64,000 bases of DNA from Candidatus Nanohaloarchaea archaeon (GCA_047617745.1 JBLGBN010000002.1:6746-70745), one strand, 5' to 3'; counted from the first letter of the stretch, positions 36,907-46,958 are shown. A program made the numbers and translations. Notes: generated by a model not told the origin, from the sequence alone.

Positions 36907-38349
36907 CTACTGGCGAAGGGAGGTCTTGAAGCTGTCGAAAAGGTGTTCTCTCAATACCTGGGCTTCTTCAGAATCCATGTCGATTATCTTAGGAAAGCTC
37001 CTTGTAGACCCAGCTGTATCCAGTAGAAGCGTTGACTGCCTCCATCTTCTCTGGAAGATTGTCCGTGTCTCGATAAGGTTCTGAATCCTGAAGTACGGGA
37101 TGACGTACGTTTTACGGTTCCAGAAACCTTTTCTTGTGAAAACCCTTTTCTCATCTAGGTAGTACCCTATGCTCTTCCATTTCAGTTCGGCTGCCTTTCT
37201 GGAAAATAGGATTATTAGAGCTGGGGGAATATAGACGGGCCAGGCAAGATCAACTATCTGGGCTGCCAGGAATGTAAATACTCCCAGCAGAAGACCTGTG
37301 AAAAGGTATCTTCTGAAGTACCTGCTTTTTGCTTTCGGGTCAACTGTTTCGAACTCAGGTTTGGTGTATCCTCCTATCTCCCGAGCAAACCTCTCCAGTT
37401 GATCTCTCTTGGCTAGAGGTATAACCGTTTCTGACCCATCGCCAACTTCTGTTCCCTGCTGCACCGTGCTGCCTGCTGTCTCAACCTTGAGAGACGCATA
37501 CCCGAAGTATCTCTGCACCAGATTTTCCTCAATTATTATATCCTGTATCTTTTCTTCTGGTATGGTGCCTGAAGAACGGTTGAATAACCCTCTCTCGTAT
37601 TCAAGCGCGTTCTCGTGGAACTGGAGCCTGAAGTCGTAGTACTGTGCGAACTTTTTTGCAGCGGTTGAAATCCATATACCCAGCGCCATGAAAAGCCCTA
37701 GCACCAGTATAACCGCTGCGCCGGCTGTCTGAGGTAAAGCCCCGTCAATCTGCGACCACACCGAACCTCCCAGAAATGAAGCCATTACCGCTAGGCCACC
37801 TATCACCCTCATGTCAATCGAGGCGAGGCTTAGAACTGTTAGATCTCTGTCAGATAGTACGAAATCATCCCTCTTCTCTCCCTGTTCCTCATCGGTTCTA
37901 TCTGATTTCCTCCTGTTTTTGAGTTCCCGGACATCTTTCTGAAGTCTCTGGGCGTCTTCATATTCAACGTATTTGAGTGATGCCTCGGTCTGTCCGCCTC
38001 CAGCAGTTTCCACATCCGCTTTTGCAATACCAAGCGCTCTCTGCAGTATATTCCTGTTGATATCCACATTCTGTATCCGTTTGAGCGGGATGTCTCTATC
38101 ATTCTTCGATATAACCCCTGAGATTATCTTCAAGCCGTCTTGTTCCACGGTGTACTCGAAGTTTTTCCAGTAAAGATACTCGTAGATCAGAACCGCAGCC
38201 ACTATACCAAGTATGGAGACCAGCACCGCGAATACGATAGCCAGAGAACCCGTTGCCAGACTCCCTGGTGAGAAGAAGACTATGAAGAAAACTACCGCAA
38301 GCAGTTTCTGTCCGGCCCTGTACGGGATTGACAGTTTTGAAAGTTTCAT
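36907..38349 (-). CDS. YdbT-like membrane protein with three bacterial PH (bPH_2) domains
   Basis: Repeated TM-hairpin plus IPLKRIQNVD / IPEEKIQDI / IPYFRIQNL modules, as in the YdbT family. Confidence 0.75.
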   Translation of the reverse strand: MKLSKLSIPYRAGQKLLAVVFFIVFFSPGSLATGSLAIVFAVLVSILGIVAAVLIYEYLYWKNFEYTVEQDGLKIISGVISKNDRDIPLKRIQNVDINRNILQRALGIAKADVETAGGGQTEASLKYVEYEDAQRLQKDVRELKNRRKSDRTDEEQGEKRDDFVLSDRDLTVLSLASIDMRVIGGLAVMASFLGGSVWSQIDGALPQTAGAAVILVLGLFMALGIWISTAAKKFAQYYDFRLQFHENALEYERGLFNRSSGTIPEEKIQDIIIEENLVQRYFGYASLKVETAGSTVQQGTEVGDGSETVIPLAKRDQLERFAREIGGYTKPEFETVDPKAKSRYFRRYLFTGLLLGVFTFLAAQIVDLAWPVYIPPALIILFSRKAAELKWKSIGYYLDEKRVFTRKGFWNRKTYVIPYFRIQNLIETRTIFQRRWRQSTLLLDTAGSTRSFPKIIDMDSEEAQVLREHLFDSFKTSLRQ

Positions 38350-38807
38350 ACTGCGTCAAAACCTTTCTCAGAGCTTATTGCTGCATCCCTAAGCTTTTTC
38401 TGGAGTTCGGATGCCTCCTGTCTGTCCAAGCCAGGTATTCGTATATCTGCGCCTTTTGATCCTGCTGTGTAGACCCTCAGCGTTGATAGACCGAGGAACC
38501 TGTCGATCGGCCCTCTATCGGTATCGATGTGCTGAACCCTAACGTATGGAACCATTGAATACGTCTTCTTAATTACTCCATGCTCGATGTATAGATGGTC
38601 ATCAACGACTTTGAAACCCCAGTTACTGTATCTTTTAAGCCCGTAAAGAACCCCTAAAAGCGCGAAAACAGGTATAATCACGGCTGATATCGGCCCGGTA
38701 AAAAAGTAGAGAATTCCCACGAAAATCCCAGAAACAATCAGACCCAGTAATGCGCCGAAGAATGCCCAGAGATACTTGATCTTGCTGTTCAGCTTTATGA
38801 GGTTCAT
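38346..38807 (-). CDS. YdbS-like membrane protein with one bPH domain
   Basis: A TM hairpin followed by VPYVRVQHIDTDRGPIDRFLGLSTLRVYTAG. Overlaps the downstream YdbT-like gene by 4 nt. Confidence 0.75.
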   Translation of the reverse strand: MNLIKLNSKIKYLWAFFGALLGLIVSGIFVGILYFFTGPISAVIIPVFALLGVLYGLKRYSNWGFKVVDDHLYIEHGVIKKTYSMVPYVRVQHIDTDRGPIDRFLGLSTLRVYTAGSKGADIRIPGLDRQEASELQKKLRDAAISSEKGFDAV

Positions 38808-38837
38808 ATGTTTTAATTCCAGAGTCTAGCTTTTAAA

Positions 38838-39374
38838 TCACAAGCTGTATCTCTCATTTCTCTCTACCTCTATCTTTCCGTCAGCTAGTTCAAGCAGCTT
38901 TACTTCAAGCCCTTCATCGAATTCAAGGATCATCATTGTGGGGTTAGACTGTCGGGCTGAACCACCGCCAACACCTGTACACGAACCCGGATTCAGAAGT
39001 AGGGTTCCTCCCTCCGCATGTATTTCCTCTTGGTGGGTATGACCGTGTAAAAGAACATCTACTTCCAGCTTGTTTTCAGCGATGTCAAGAAGTGTTTCAC
39101 GATCCCCTCTCGGCGTTATACCGGTTCCATGGTAAACCCCGAATCTTACCCCCTCTTCACTGAATGTTTCAGAGTTCGGGAGTTCGAAGAAATCACAGTT
39201 CCCCTTTACCGCTACAAGATCTTCGTTGAACTTTTTCAGTTCCCCATACACTTCTTCCGATGCGAAATCCCCGCAGTGAACAACTTTGTCCGCTTCCTGA
39301 ACTTTATCCAGTATAGCTTTTGGGATTTCAGGTGCTCGGTTAGGTACGTGTGAATCCGAGATAACTGCTATCAT
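38838..39374 (-). CDS. MJ0936/YfcE-type metallophosphoesterase
   Basis: Motifs ISDSHVP, HCGD, VKGNCD, HGHTH and NPGS. Confidence 0.85.
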   Translation of the reverse strand: MIAVISDSHVPNRAPEIPKAILDKVQEADKVVHCGDFASEEVYGELKKFNEDLVAVKGNCDFFELPNSETFSEEGVRFGVYHGTGITPRGDRETLLDIAENKLEVDVLLHGHTHQEEIHAEGGTLLLNPGSCTGVGGGSARQSNPTMMILEFDEGLEVKLLELADGKIEVERNERYSL

Positions 39375-39495
39375 ACTTCCGTATTTCAGCCGGAGAGTTA
39401 AAACAATTCTACCAATCTTTATATACGGCTTTCAATGAACGTTTTACAGGGGATTTACAGATGTTTTGGGGAGTGAATAAACTGCACTATCAAGA

Positions 39496-39804
39496 ATGAA
39501 GAAAAAAATCAGAAATGTGTACCGGAAAACTCTCCTGGCATTGCTTGGGTTAACCCATATTGTTTCAAGAGCTGATTATACTTTCCCGAGCAAGTGGCTT
39601 GCTGTCTTTGAGAATATCAGAATTTCATCGGATATAGCTCATACAAAACTTTCTACAGTCGATGAAGAGGTTGAGAAACAGTTCCTCGAGAAAGAGGAGA
39701 TAATGGAGAAAAAGCTGGGTAATGAAAAGTTTTACAGTCAGGAAGAACTGGAGTACCTTAAAGCCAATAAAAGCAATATCAAGGTTCAGATTCCCAGATT
39801 CTGA
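39496..39804 (+). CDS. hypothetical protein
   Basis: 102-codon ORF in an otherwise empty plus-strand gap. Its 3' end overlaps the srp54 stop region. No motif found. Confidence 0.35.
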   Translation: MKKKIRNVYRKTLLALLGLTHIVSRADYTFPSKWLAVFENIRISSDIAHTKLSTVDEEVEKQFLEKEEIMEKKLGNEKFYSQEELEYLKANKSNIKVQIPRF

Positions 39805-41078
39805 AGCATATCCTGCATATTTCCTCTCTTCATAGAGCCCTTGTCAAACTTGTCGACCATGTTCTTTGTCTGCCGGTAATGTTTTATCAAGCCTCTTACC
39901 TCGCTTCTGGAGGTTCCTGATCCTTCAGCGATTCTTTCAGACCTGGATTTGCTTATTATGGAGGGATCTTTCATCTCCTCATCCGTCATTGAGTTCATTA
40001 TGACCGAGTACTTCTCGATCTTACCCTCTGTCATGTCCGAGATATTGTCCGGAACTTTGTTCCCTCCAATAGGGAGCTGCTGCATCATCTCCTCCATCAT
40101 TCCAGATCCTGTAACTGATTCCATCTGTTCCTTGAAATCCTCGAGTGTGAACTCGCCTTCAAGTATTGCCTCTGGATCGGTATCCATCTCCTCAATCTTC
40201 TCCAGAAGTGATTCAAGATCCGGCTGGCCCAGCATATCCGAGACAAAGTCGACAGGGTCGTAGATCTCGAGATCCTCCATCTTTTCACCAGTTCCAATGA
40301 ACTTTACAGATGCTCCTGAGTTCTGGCAGGCAACAAGTGCTCCACCACCTTTAGCGGAGGAGTCCATTTTGGTTACTACAACACCGTTGATTCCAACTGC
40401 TTCGTCGAAGCTTTCTGCCTGTTCCCGGGCTGACTGACCTATATCAGCCGGCATAACCAGGTATTTCTCGTCAGGTTCGATTACGCGGTCAATTTCTGAA
40501 AGCTCTTTCTGTAGGTCTTCATCCAGCGAGTTCCTACCTGCCGAGTCAACTATCAGTACGTCGACATCAAGTTCGGTTTTACCGTTTTCAACTACTTTTA
40601 CAGGGTCTTCCGCGTCTTTCTCGCCGTAGAACTCGACATCAATATCTTCAGCTATCTGTTTTAACTGATCATAAGCTGCCGGTCTGTCGGTATCGGCGCA
40701 GATCAAACCTGGTTTCAGTTCTCTTTTCCTGTAGAAATCTGCCAGTTTTCCGGCAGTAGTTGTTTTACCTGCGCCGTAGAGTCCGCAGAGGAGGATAGTT
40801 TTTGGTTCAATCTCGATCTCTGCTTCTTCTCCAAGCAGTTCCTCTAGCTTGTTATAAACTATCTCCAGCACATGCTCTTTCCGGCTGAGGCCTTTAGGCA
40901 GATTCTCCTTCAGCGCCTCCTCCCTTATCTCATCGCTGAGTTCTGAGACTAGGGAAACATCTACATCCGCTCTGATCAGATCTCTCTGTATATCTTTTAC
41001 CAGCTGGTTTACTGCCTCTTCATCCGCTACACTTCTTGAAGAGAACTTCTGCACGGAGTCCTTGATTTTGTCAAACAT
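39786..41078 (-). CDS. srp54: signal recognition particle protein SRP54
   Basis: Start set at ATG 41078 (MFDKIKDSVQKF), the usual SRP54 N-domain beginning. GTPase motifs GLYGAGKTTTAGKLA and DSAGR are present, with a Met-rich M domain at the C-terminus. Confidence 0.93.
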   Translation of the reverse strand: MFDKIKDSVQKFSSRSVADEEAVNQLVKDIQRDLIRADVDVSLVSELSDEIREEALKENLPKGLSRKEHVLEIVYNKLEELLGEEAEIEIEPKTILLCGLYGAGKTTTAGKLADFYRKRELKPGLICADTDRPAAYDQLKQIAEDIDVEFYGEKDAEDPVKVVENGKTELDVDVLIVDSAGRNSLDEDLQKELSEIDRVIEPDEKYLVMPADIGQSAREQAESFDEAVGINGVVVTKMDSSAKGGGALVACQNSGASVKFIGTGEKMEDLEIYDPVDFVSDMLGQPDLESLLEKIEEMDTDPEAILEGEFTLEDFKEQMESVTGSGMMEEMMQQLPIGGNKVPDNISDMTEGKIEKYSVIMNSMTDEEMKDPSIISKSRSERIAEGSGTSRSEVRGLIKHYRQTKNMVDKFDKGSMKRGNMQDMLQNLGI

Positions 41079-41116
41079 AATCAATAATTGATGGATAAAA
41101 GGCATAAAGGGTTTGC

Positions 41117-41449
41117 CTAGATGTTCCAGTACTTGTATACAAGCATCGAGAAAGCGGTTCCAAGTAGAGCCCATCCAAGCGCTCTGTAAAGCGAAGGGTA
41201 GAACTGCATCCCTTTAAGCGCGAAATAGGTGAAAGCTATCAGATAGATATTGAAGAAACTGACAAATGGATTCAGAAGGGTTCCAAGCGAGTTCCAGACG
41301 TTTATGCTGCTTCTAAGGTTGAATAAAACCCAGCCACAGAAAATCAGCACTGTTAAAGCTGATAGAATACCGGCTGTTTCGTAAACACGGAAGGACACTA
41401 TTCCGGCGGCCGCCCCTATTAAGCCCAGCACCGCTAGTTCGGTTTTCAT
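41117..41449 (-). CDS. small integral membrane protein
   Basis: 110 aa with three or four hydrophobic helices. Confidence 0.5.
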   Translation of the reverse strand: MKTELAVLGLIGAAAGIVSFRVYETAGILSALTVLIFCGWVLFNLRSSINVWNSLGTLLNPFVSFFNIYLIAFTYFALKGMQFYPSLYRALGWALLGTAFSMLVYKYWNI

Positions 41450-41488
41450 CCTGTTGAAAAGGTCTTGATATTAAATTGATATAAGAGT

Positions 41489-42310
41489 TTGACGCTCCAA
41501 AGTGATTACATGGATTTCTCGCTGAGAAGAATCAATGGAGAGAACATCCACTACGCAGAATCGGGGACAGAGTCAGATATCCAGCTAGTATTTACCCCTG
41601 GAAGCCTTAATCCAGAGTTGTGGAACAACCAGCTGCGTTACTTCTCAAAGAAGTACAGAACCATTACTTTTCAGCCAACAGAGAGCTACAGAGGGTTTAA
41701 GGGTGAAAAAAGCTGTCTTAAAGCTGTAATAGAACAGGAAGATGTAGAAAACGCAGTCCTGATCTCAAATACGGTCGGTAATTCAGTTGTCAGCTCTTTG
41801 AGCAACCATGAATCCGTTCAGACAACAGTTATGACAGGTTTTGGCAGCAGAAACCTGCCAAATGAGAGCGTCTATAAACTATTCTGGTCAATGTCGAAGA
41901 GAAGCCCTAAAATGCTCAGGAAAAGCCTATTCTCGCAGTATACAGATTACAGGGTTCTGAAAAGCTTTATGAGCGATATTAATGTCCCTGACTATGACGA
42001 TGTGAAATCTTTCATGAACCAGGATATGGTGGAGGGTGACCAGCTATCTCTTATAATCAATGCTGAAGAGGATCGTTTCTCCAATATCGAGGAGGCAAGA
42101 AAGATGAACGCCCGACTGAGCATGATCAACAGGGCCGGAACCTTCAGCTTTTATGAGAAGCCCCAGGACTATAACAAAGCACTGAACGATTTTCTGGATA
42201 TCGTTGAGGAGAAGGTGCGAAAAGATAAAATAATGAGATCAGCAGAGGAGAACCGGTCTCTCATAGAGTTTGACGAGGGCGAGAAAAAAGAACTTGAGGT
42301 TACAAAATGA
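41489..42310 (+). CDS. alpha/beta-hydrolase fold protein (tentative)
   Basis: N-terminal pattern INGENIHYAESG...LVFTPGS, as in alpha/beta hydrolases. The nucleophile elbow is atypical (VGNSVV). TTG start, with an alternative ATG at 41510. Confidence 0.55.
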   Translation: MTLQSDYMDFSLRRINGENIHYAESGTESDIQLVFTPGSLNPELWNNQLRYFSKKYRTITFQPTESYRGFKGEKSCLKAVIEQEDVENAVLISNTVGNSVVSSLSNHESVQTTVMTGFGSRNLPNESVYKLFWSMSKRSPKMLRKSLFSQYTDYRVLKSFMSDINVPDYDDVKSFMNQDMVEGDQLSLIINAEEDRFSNIEEARKMNARLSMINRAGTFSFYEKPQDYNKALNDFLDIVEEKVRKDKIMRSAEENRSLIEFDEGEKKELEVTK

Positions 42311-42819
42311 TTGCAGGACTTATACTTACAGACAACGAAAATGAAGAATCACAGTTAGCCTTCCTTGACGAGGAAAAACAGGTAGAAACCTGCTCAATCA
42401 AGGACACAGGTGAAATAGTGGATAAGATTGTTGAGAGAAAGCCTGAGGTGCTGGCCGCCGACTGTGGTACAGAGTTAAGCGGGAAGGACTTAACCCAAGA
42501 TGAGGAAGAACTCAAGGAAGAAGGTTACAGTTTTACACCCTCTGCGAACGAGAAGAAAAAGGTGGAGAGACTGCGGGCAATTGATAGATCGCTAAAACAT
42601 CATATGGATAATCCTCCTGAAATAATCCGTTTTGACCCGTTCATCAGCTCTCAGGAGCTGGCGCTGGACGGAGATAAATCGATCGAATCACTGGGCATCG
42701 AGACCTCAGGTATAGAGTCCTCAAGAGAATTTGACGCTGTTGTCGGCGCTATTACAGCGCAGTTCTACTCACAGAACCAGTACAGCGAGTCAGGAGTTGT
42801 TATACCAGAGAGTATCTAG
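42307..42819 (+). CDS. hypothetical protein, possibly RNase H-fold (COG2410-like) nuclease
   Basis: Overlaps the upstream stop by ATGA. The N-terminal IAGLIL, VLAADCG and C-terminal EFDAVVGAITAQ loosely follow the pattern of predicted RNase H-fold nucleases. Assignment is weak. Confidence 0.45.
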   Translation: MIAGLILTDNENEESQLAFLDEEKQVETCSIKDTGEIVDKIVERKPEVLAADCGTELSGKDLTQDEEELKEEGYSFTPSANEKKKVERLRAIDRSLKHHMDNPPEIIRFDPFISSQELALDGDKSIESLGIETSGIESSREFDAVVGAITAQFYSQNQYSESGVVIPESI

Positions 42820-42877
42820 CGCGAACACAACACTTAAAAGAGTTTTACGAGTTACAAGTAAATACAGGTAGATACTG

Positions 42878-43219
42878 ATGGGAATGGAAAAATTTTACAG
42901 CACGGTGAGGAAGACTTTCGGAGTAGAGAAAGAACAGATCAAAGATGAACTCAAGGATGAGGTAACCGAAGAACTTAGAGAAGAGTTTGCCGAAGAAATT
43001 TCCTACATCGAGGCACAGATGAAAGAATACGAACAGTTCGTCGCCGAGATCAACCATCTAATGTCCAAGATGAGAAAAGAGAGAATCCAGAAAGGAAGCA
43101 AAGGAGAACAGATCAAGATGGACGAATTCGAGGACGATCTGGAGCCTCTCAAGGCGAAGCTACAGCAGCTCGAAGAATCAATGCAGAAAAGACTTGACGA
43201 ACAGAAAGCTTACAGCTAA
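42878..43219 (+). CDS. hypothetical coiled-coil protein
   Basis: 113 aa, E/K-rich with heptad-like character. Confidence 0.5.
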   Translation: MGMEKFYSTVRKTFGVEKEQIKDELKDEVTEELREEFAEEISYIEAQMKEYEQFVAEINHLMSKMRKERIQKGSKGEQIKMDEFEDDLEPLKAKLQQLEESMQKRLDEQKAYS

Positions 43220-43222
43220 TTT

Positions 43223-43621
43223 ATGACGCTTCTGGAAGCTGCATACCAGGCTTCTGTAGCAGTATTCGGCTATGCCGGAATTAATTTTTCTTATTTCATG
43301 AACGGTGCTGATGAAGCCGAGATAGAAATTTTAACCGGAGGAGGAACAGCAGTTGATGAAATACTTGAGGAAACCTCCTACCTTGAAGACGGCTCGACTA
43401 TAGATACGCTGATACATCCCTATGATCAGGGAAGGCGTTCTCAGGCGGAGAAATACCTTGATCAACTGGAAACCAAAGAAGGCCTTAGAGAGTTTGAAGC
43501 TGAACTACAGAGACAGAAAGAAACTCAAATTGAAATGGACTTCCGAAAGATCAACCATGCATTGGCCGAGGGTGTGGCTAACAAAGCGCCAATCAAAGAA
43601 AGATCAGATTTTTCCCTATGA
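43223..43621 (+). CDS. hypothetical protein
   Basis: 132-codon ORF starting 3 nt after the previous stop. Confidence 0.5.
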   Translation: MTLLEAAYQASVAVFGYAGINFSYFMNGADEAEIEILTGGGTAVDEILEETSYLEDGSTIDTLIHPYDQGRRSQAEKYLDQLETKEGLREFEAELQRQKETQIEMDFRKINHALAEGVANKAPIKERSDFSL

Positions 43622-43661
43622 AACAGTAAGAAAGTCCTAAGCGCGAGAAAATCTAGGAGAA

Positions 43662-44552
43662 TCATTCCAGGATATCTTCCACAAATTCTTCCTTATCGAA
43701 CTCTTCTATATCCCCATACTCCTGCCCTGTTCCAATATACGCGACCGGCTTCCCGCTACGCTCAGAAATAGATATGATTGCTCCACCGTTCTCGTCGACA
43801 TCCATCTTGGTGACTATTACGGCGTCAAACATACCCTCATATGCCTCCGCCTGTTCCAGAACATCGTTTCCTGAAAGAGCGTCAACAACCAGGAAAGTTA
43901 TATCTGGTTCGTTGACCCTGATCATTTTCTCGAGCTCCCCCATCAGGTTCTCATCCGAGTGGGATCGGCCAGCAGTGTCTATCAGAGCGGTTTTACCTTT
44001 CTTCTCAGCGTGCTCAACCGCGTCATACGCTACGGCAGCCGGATCCGACTCGTATTCATGCGATATAACATCAACCCCGATATTCTCGCCATGTTTCTCT
44101 AACTGTTCGATTGAAGCTGCCCGGAACGTGTCACCAGCACCGAGAACTACTTCTCTATCATTTTCCTCTAGGATTCTGGCAAGCTTCGCGGTCGTGGTGG
44201 TTTTACCTGAACCGTTGAAACCCACCATGAAAACTACGGGAGGTTCATCTGCCTCTTCCAGCTCCTGCCCAAAATCAAAACTGTCATCCAGGAGCTCGAG
44301 AAGTGTCTCTTTTACGGCTTCATTTACTTTCTCCTCTGCGGACCCTCTCTTGACATTCTTACCCAGAAGTTGCTCCCTGAGTTTTTCCTCAATGGCTTCC
44401 GCAGCTTCCAGAGAAACATTGTTCTGAAGAAGTTTCAGCCTCAGTTCTTCTAGAAGAGGGTCAAGTGTTCCCTCGTCCAGTTCTTTCTCCGCAACTGTTG
44501 ACTTGACGCTGTCCGAGAATTCTTTGACCGAGTCCTTGAACTTTCCGAGCAT
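43662..44552 (-). CDS. ftsY: SRP receptor FtsY
   Basis: NG domain with GFNGSGKTTTTAKLA, DTAGR and TKMD. Confidence 0.93.
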   Translation of the reverse strand: MLGKFKDSVKEFSDSVKSTVAEKELDEGTLDPLLEELRLKLLQNNVSLEAAEAIEEKLREQLLGKNVKRGSAEEKVNEAVKETLLELLDDSFDFGQELEEADEPPVVFMVGFNGSGKTTTTAKLARILEENDREVVLGAGDTFRAASIEQLEKHGENIGVDVISHEYESDPAAVAYDAVEHAEKKGKTALIDTAGRSHSDENLMGELEKMIRVNEPDITFLVVDALSGNDVLEQAEAYEGMFDAVIVTKMDVDENGGAIISISERSGKPVAYIGTGQEYGDIEEFDKEEFVEDILE

Positions 44553-44561
44553 TTTACCAAA

Positions 44562-44984
44562 TTATTCTTCTGCTGCGCCCTGTCTCTGTTGCTGGATCTG
44601 CTGCTGGATCTGCTGCATCTGGTTCTGTAGATCCTGCATTGTAGAATGAAGTTCTTCCTTTGTATCTTCGAACTGTTCTTTCTTGTCCTGAATCAGGTCT
44701 TCAGCTGCGTCCAGATCTTTCTTCTCAAATGCTTCTCCACCGATGTTTGAGACTACTTTGTCGTTTTCCTTAAGTTCTCCGGTTACAAATACTCCGGACC
44801 CAATCGGGACTAGAATCTCGCTTCCGACTTCCTGATCTTCCAGTTCGTCGATTGCACCGATTGTTTCCTCCATTTCTTCAATGTTGCTTTGTACCTGTTC
44901 GATGAAGTCCTCTACCTGCTCCATCTGCTGCTGAATCTGCTGGTACTGCTGCATCTGCTGCTGAGCCTGCTGTTCATCTGGCAT
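44562..44984 (-). CDS. pfdA: prefoldin alpha subunit
   Basis: Coiled-coil arms rich in Q/E flank a beta-hairpin core (ILVPIGSGVFVTGEL). It holds the conserved position upstream of ftsY. Confidence 0.85.
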   Translation of the reverse strand: MPDEQQAQQQMQQYQQIQQQMEQVEDFIEQVQSNIEEMEETIGAIDELEDQEVGSEILVPIGSGVFVTGELKENDKVVSNIGGEAFEKKDLDAAEDLIQDKKEQFEDTKEELHSTMQDLQNQMQQIQQQIQQQRQGAAEE

Positions 44985-44989
44985 AAGAA

Positions 44990-45166
44990 TTAGACCTCCT
45001 CAACATCGCTTATTGTAATTTTTCCCCTATTAAGCGAATGCTCACTTCCGAGCTGCGAGTAAAGCTTGTCTTCCGCCTGCTTCTCGCTTTCCGCTTCTAC
45101 TTCACGTTCAAAACCTGGAGTGTCACGTCCAAGGTCTATTTCGCCTGAGAACTTGTAAGTTGTCAT
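44990..45166 (-). CDS. rplX: 50S ribosomal protein LX (L18Ae/L20A family)
   Basis: Hand translation (58 aa) gives MTTYKFSGEIDLGRDTPGFEREVEAESEKQAEDKLYSQLGSEHSLNRGKITISDVEEV, which matches the LX pattern (Y.v.G, LGS.H...R..I.I). It holds the conserved position upstream of pfdA and is missed by the 60-aa ORF cutoff. Confidence 0.75.
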   Translation of the reverse strand: MTTYKFSGEIDLGRDTPGFEREVEAESEKQAEDKLYSQLGSEHSLNRGKITISDVEEV

Positions 45167-45208
45167 AAACTAGAGAACCGCTCTCAACTTTTTAAACCCA
45201 TTTGTTCA

Positions 45209-46267
45209 TCATCGAAACTCTATTTGTTTAGAGTGGGGATCAATACATGCCTTTAAACCTAGCTGTAAAGGTATCTTAGGATCTGTATGTCCGAAGTCTA
45301 CATTAAATACTACAGGTGTTTCAGGGCTGTATCGCCGGATTTCTTCTTTAATCCGTCCTTTCAGGCTTTCGTGATATTCCTGCTTTTCCTCCTCTGTTCT
45401 TTCTTCTCCATGAAGCGATTCTCTGACAGGTCTTCCGAACATTATTGCTGAGAACTTTTCGAGTATTCCATTTTCTCCCATACACATCAGCCAGCGTTTA
45501 ACTTCTGTTTCTGAGGGTGCTTCTTCTGAGGTTTCGAGGGCGAGAACCGTTCCTTCGAGTTTTTCTGGTTCTGGCAGGTATTTCTGAGCTGTCATCTGCC
45601 ATTCTATTATCTCGAAGCATCCGCCGAAAAGCCTGCCCTCGACTGTTTCACCATTGAAGTTCCAGAACTCCCAGCCAGGATTATCATATCTTTCTCTGTC
45701 ATCCACTATTTCGTCAGCTGTAATATCAATAAATTCATCCGTGAACTGGCCTGATGATTCCACTGTGCCTAAACTATCTTCAAAGAATGCTTTCTCGAGA
45801 TGTTTGTAGGTGTATTCTCCGAGTTCTCCTTCACACATCAGATCAGCAACGAACTGTCCGCCATAGAAACTCTGAATGCCTAAACTCCAGAGATAGATGT
45901 GCAGGTTAGTGTTGTCGCTGATTCCATAGAACCGTGTTGGGTTATTTTTGAGCCGTTCTGGATCGAGATGCTTGAGGATCCGTAGTTCCTCATCTCCTCC
46001 AGTTACAGGGATTATACCTTTGATTTCAGGATCTTCAAATGCCTGCATAAATTCCTTTGCTTTCTCCTTCGGGTTAGCGTTCAGGTATTCAGTGTCTTTC
46101 TCCGCTGTATCATAGACTACTGGTTCAAGTTCAAATCTTTGTTCGAGTCTTTCTATTCCTTTTTCGAATGCTGCGGGAAACCTTTCCTTGATTCCTGCTG
46201 ATGTCGCCATAACCGCGATCTTATCTCCCCTATCTAGAGAATCCGGTAAGATAAAATCATCAGACAT
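45209..46267 (-). CDS. S66 family serine peptidase (LD-carboxypeptidase / MccF-like)
   Basis: Nucleophile elbow FYGISDNTNL, the C-terminal NVDFGHTDPKIPL histidine motif, and the overall two-domain length are typical of LdcA/MccF. Confidence 0.8.
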   Translation of the reverse strand: MSDDFILPDSLDRGDKIAVMATSAGIKERFPAAFEKGIERLEQRFELEPVVYDTAEKDTEYLNANPKEKAKEFMQAFEDPEIKGIIPVTGGDEELRILKHLDPERLKNNPTRFYGISDNTNLHIYLWSLGIQSFYGGQFVADLMCEGELGEYTYKHLEKAFFEDSLGTVESSGQFTDEFIDITADEIVDDRERYDNPGWEFWNFNGETVEGRLFGGCFEIIEWQMTAQKYLPEPEKLEGTVLALETSEEAPSETEVKRWLMCMGENGILEKFSAIMFGRPVRESLHGEERTEEEKQEYHESLKGRIKEEIRRYSPETPVVFNVDFGHTDPKIPLQLGLKACIDPHSKQIEFR

Positions 46268-46301
46268 ATTAGAAAAATGGTGCTTTATTCGTTAAAAATA
46301 C

Positions 46302-46958
46302 CTACTCTTTTCTAACCATTACTCTGTCCAGTCTTCCGATCTCCGGGCCTGTAGTGTCGTGACCGGTTAGAATGAAGTCATCTGTGGAGACTACTCCGGA
46401 ACCTATGTACGGAGACCCCATGTTGACCGTTCCAATGTTGATGTCGTCAAGCTGTAGAACCTCTTTGACATGTTCAGCCTCTTCCTCGGATGCGTCCCTG
46501 TGGATTACTGCGCCGTGTGAGTTAGCTGATCCACATACTCCTGTATTCTCGATTGAAGCGATTTCCCCGGTTTCAACACTTACTTCGAGCGCGTTTTCTA
46601 TCTCTTCTTTCTTATCTTCCAGTTCCGGGCTGATAATTGCGCCATTATCGTTGGCAAGAATTATATTTCCGAGAGCGTTTTCGATCGAGTCAAGAATATG
46701 ATAGTTAATACCTGCTTCCTCTATCTTTTCAACTTCTCTTTCCTTAACTGATTCCGGGAGTAGGAGACAGTTCGAGTTTCCTGCTGTGAATAGTCCTACC
46801 AGGTTGGTACCTGCTATCTTTGTTTCAACTACTTTCTCCGGGAAATATTCTTTTTGATCAAAATTTCTTGGTACCAGTACATAGCTGTTGCTGGCTGTAG
46901 CGTAGAATCCTATGTTGGTGTCGCCCTGGTAGTTGTATTTTTCTATTTCCATTTTCAT
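46302..46958 (-). CDS. eif6: translation initiation factor 6 (aIF6)
   Basis: The pentein repeat pattern begins GDTNIGFYATASNSYVLVP, with repeated GT.LVG / G..VCGSAN-like segments. Confidence 0.92.
   Translation of the reverse strand: MKMEIEKYNYQGDTNIGFYATASNSYVLVPRNFDQKEYFPEKVVETKIAGTNLVGLFTAGNSNCLLLPESVKEREVEKIEEAGINYHILDSIENALGNIILANDNGAIISPELEDKKEEIENALEVSVETGEIASIENTGVCGSANSHGAVIHRDASEEEAEHVKEVLQLDDINIGTVNMGSPYIGSGVVSTDDFILTGHDTTGPEIGRLDRVMVRKE

Noticed and set aside
41079-41174. N-terminal extension of srp54 (462-aa version)
   Set aside because: SRP54 N-domains begin with MFDKL/I-like sequence, as at ATG 41078. The extension overlaps the upstream membrane-protein gene.
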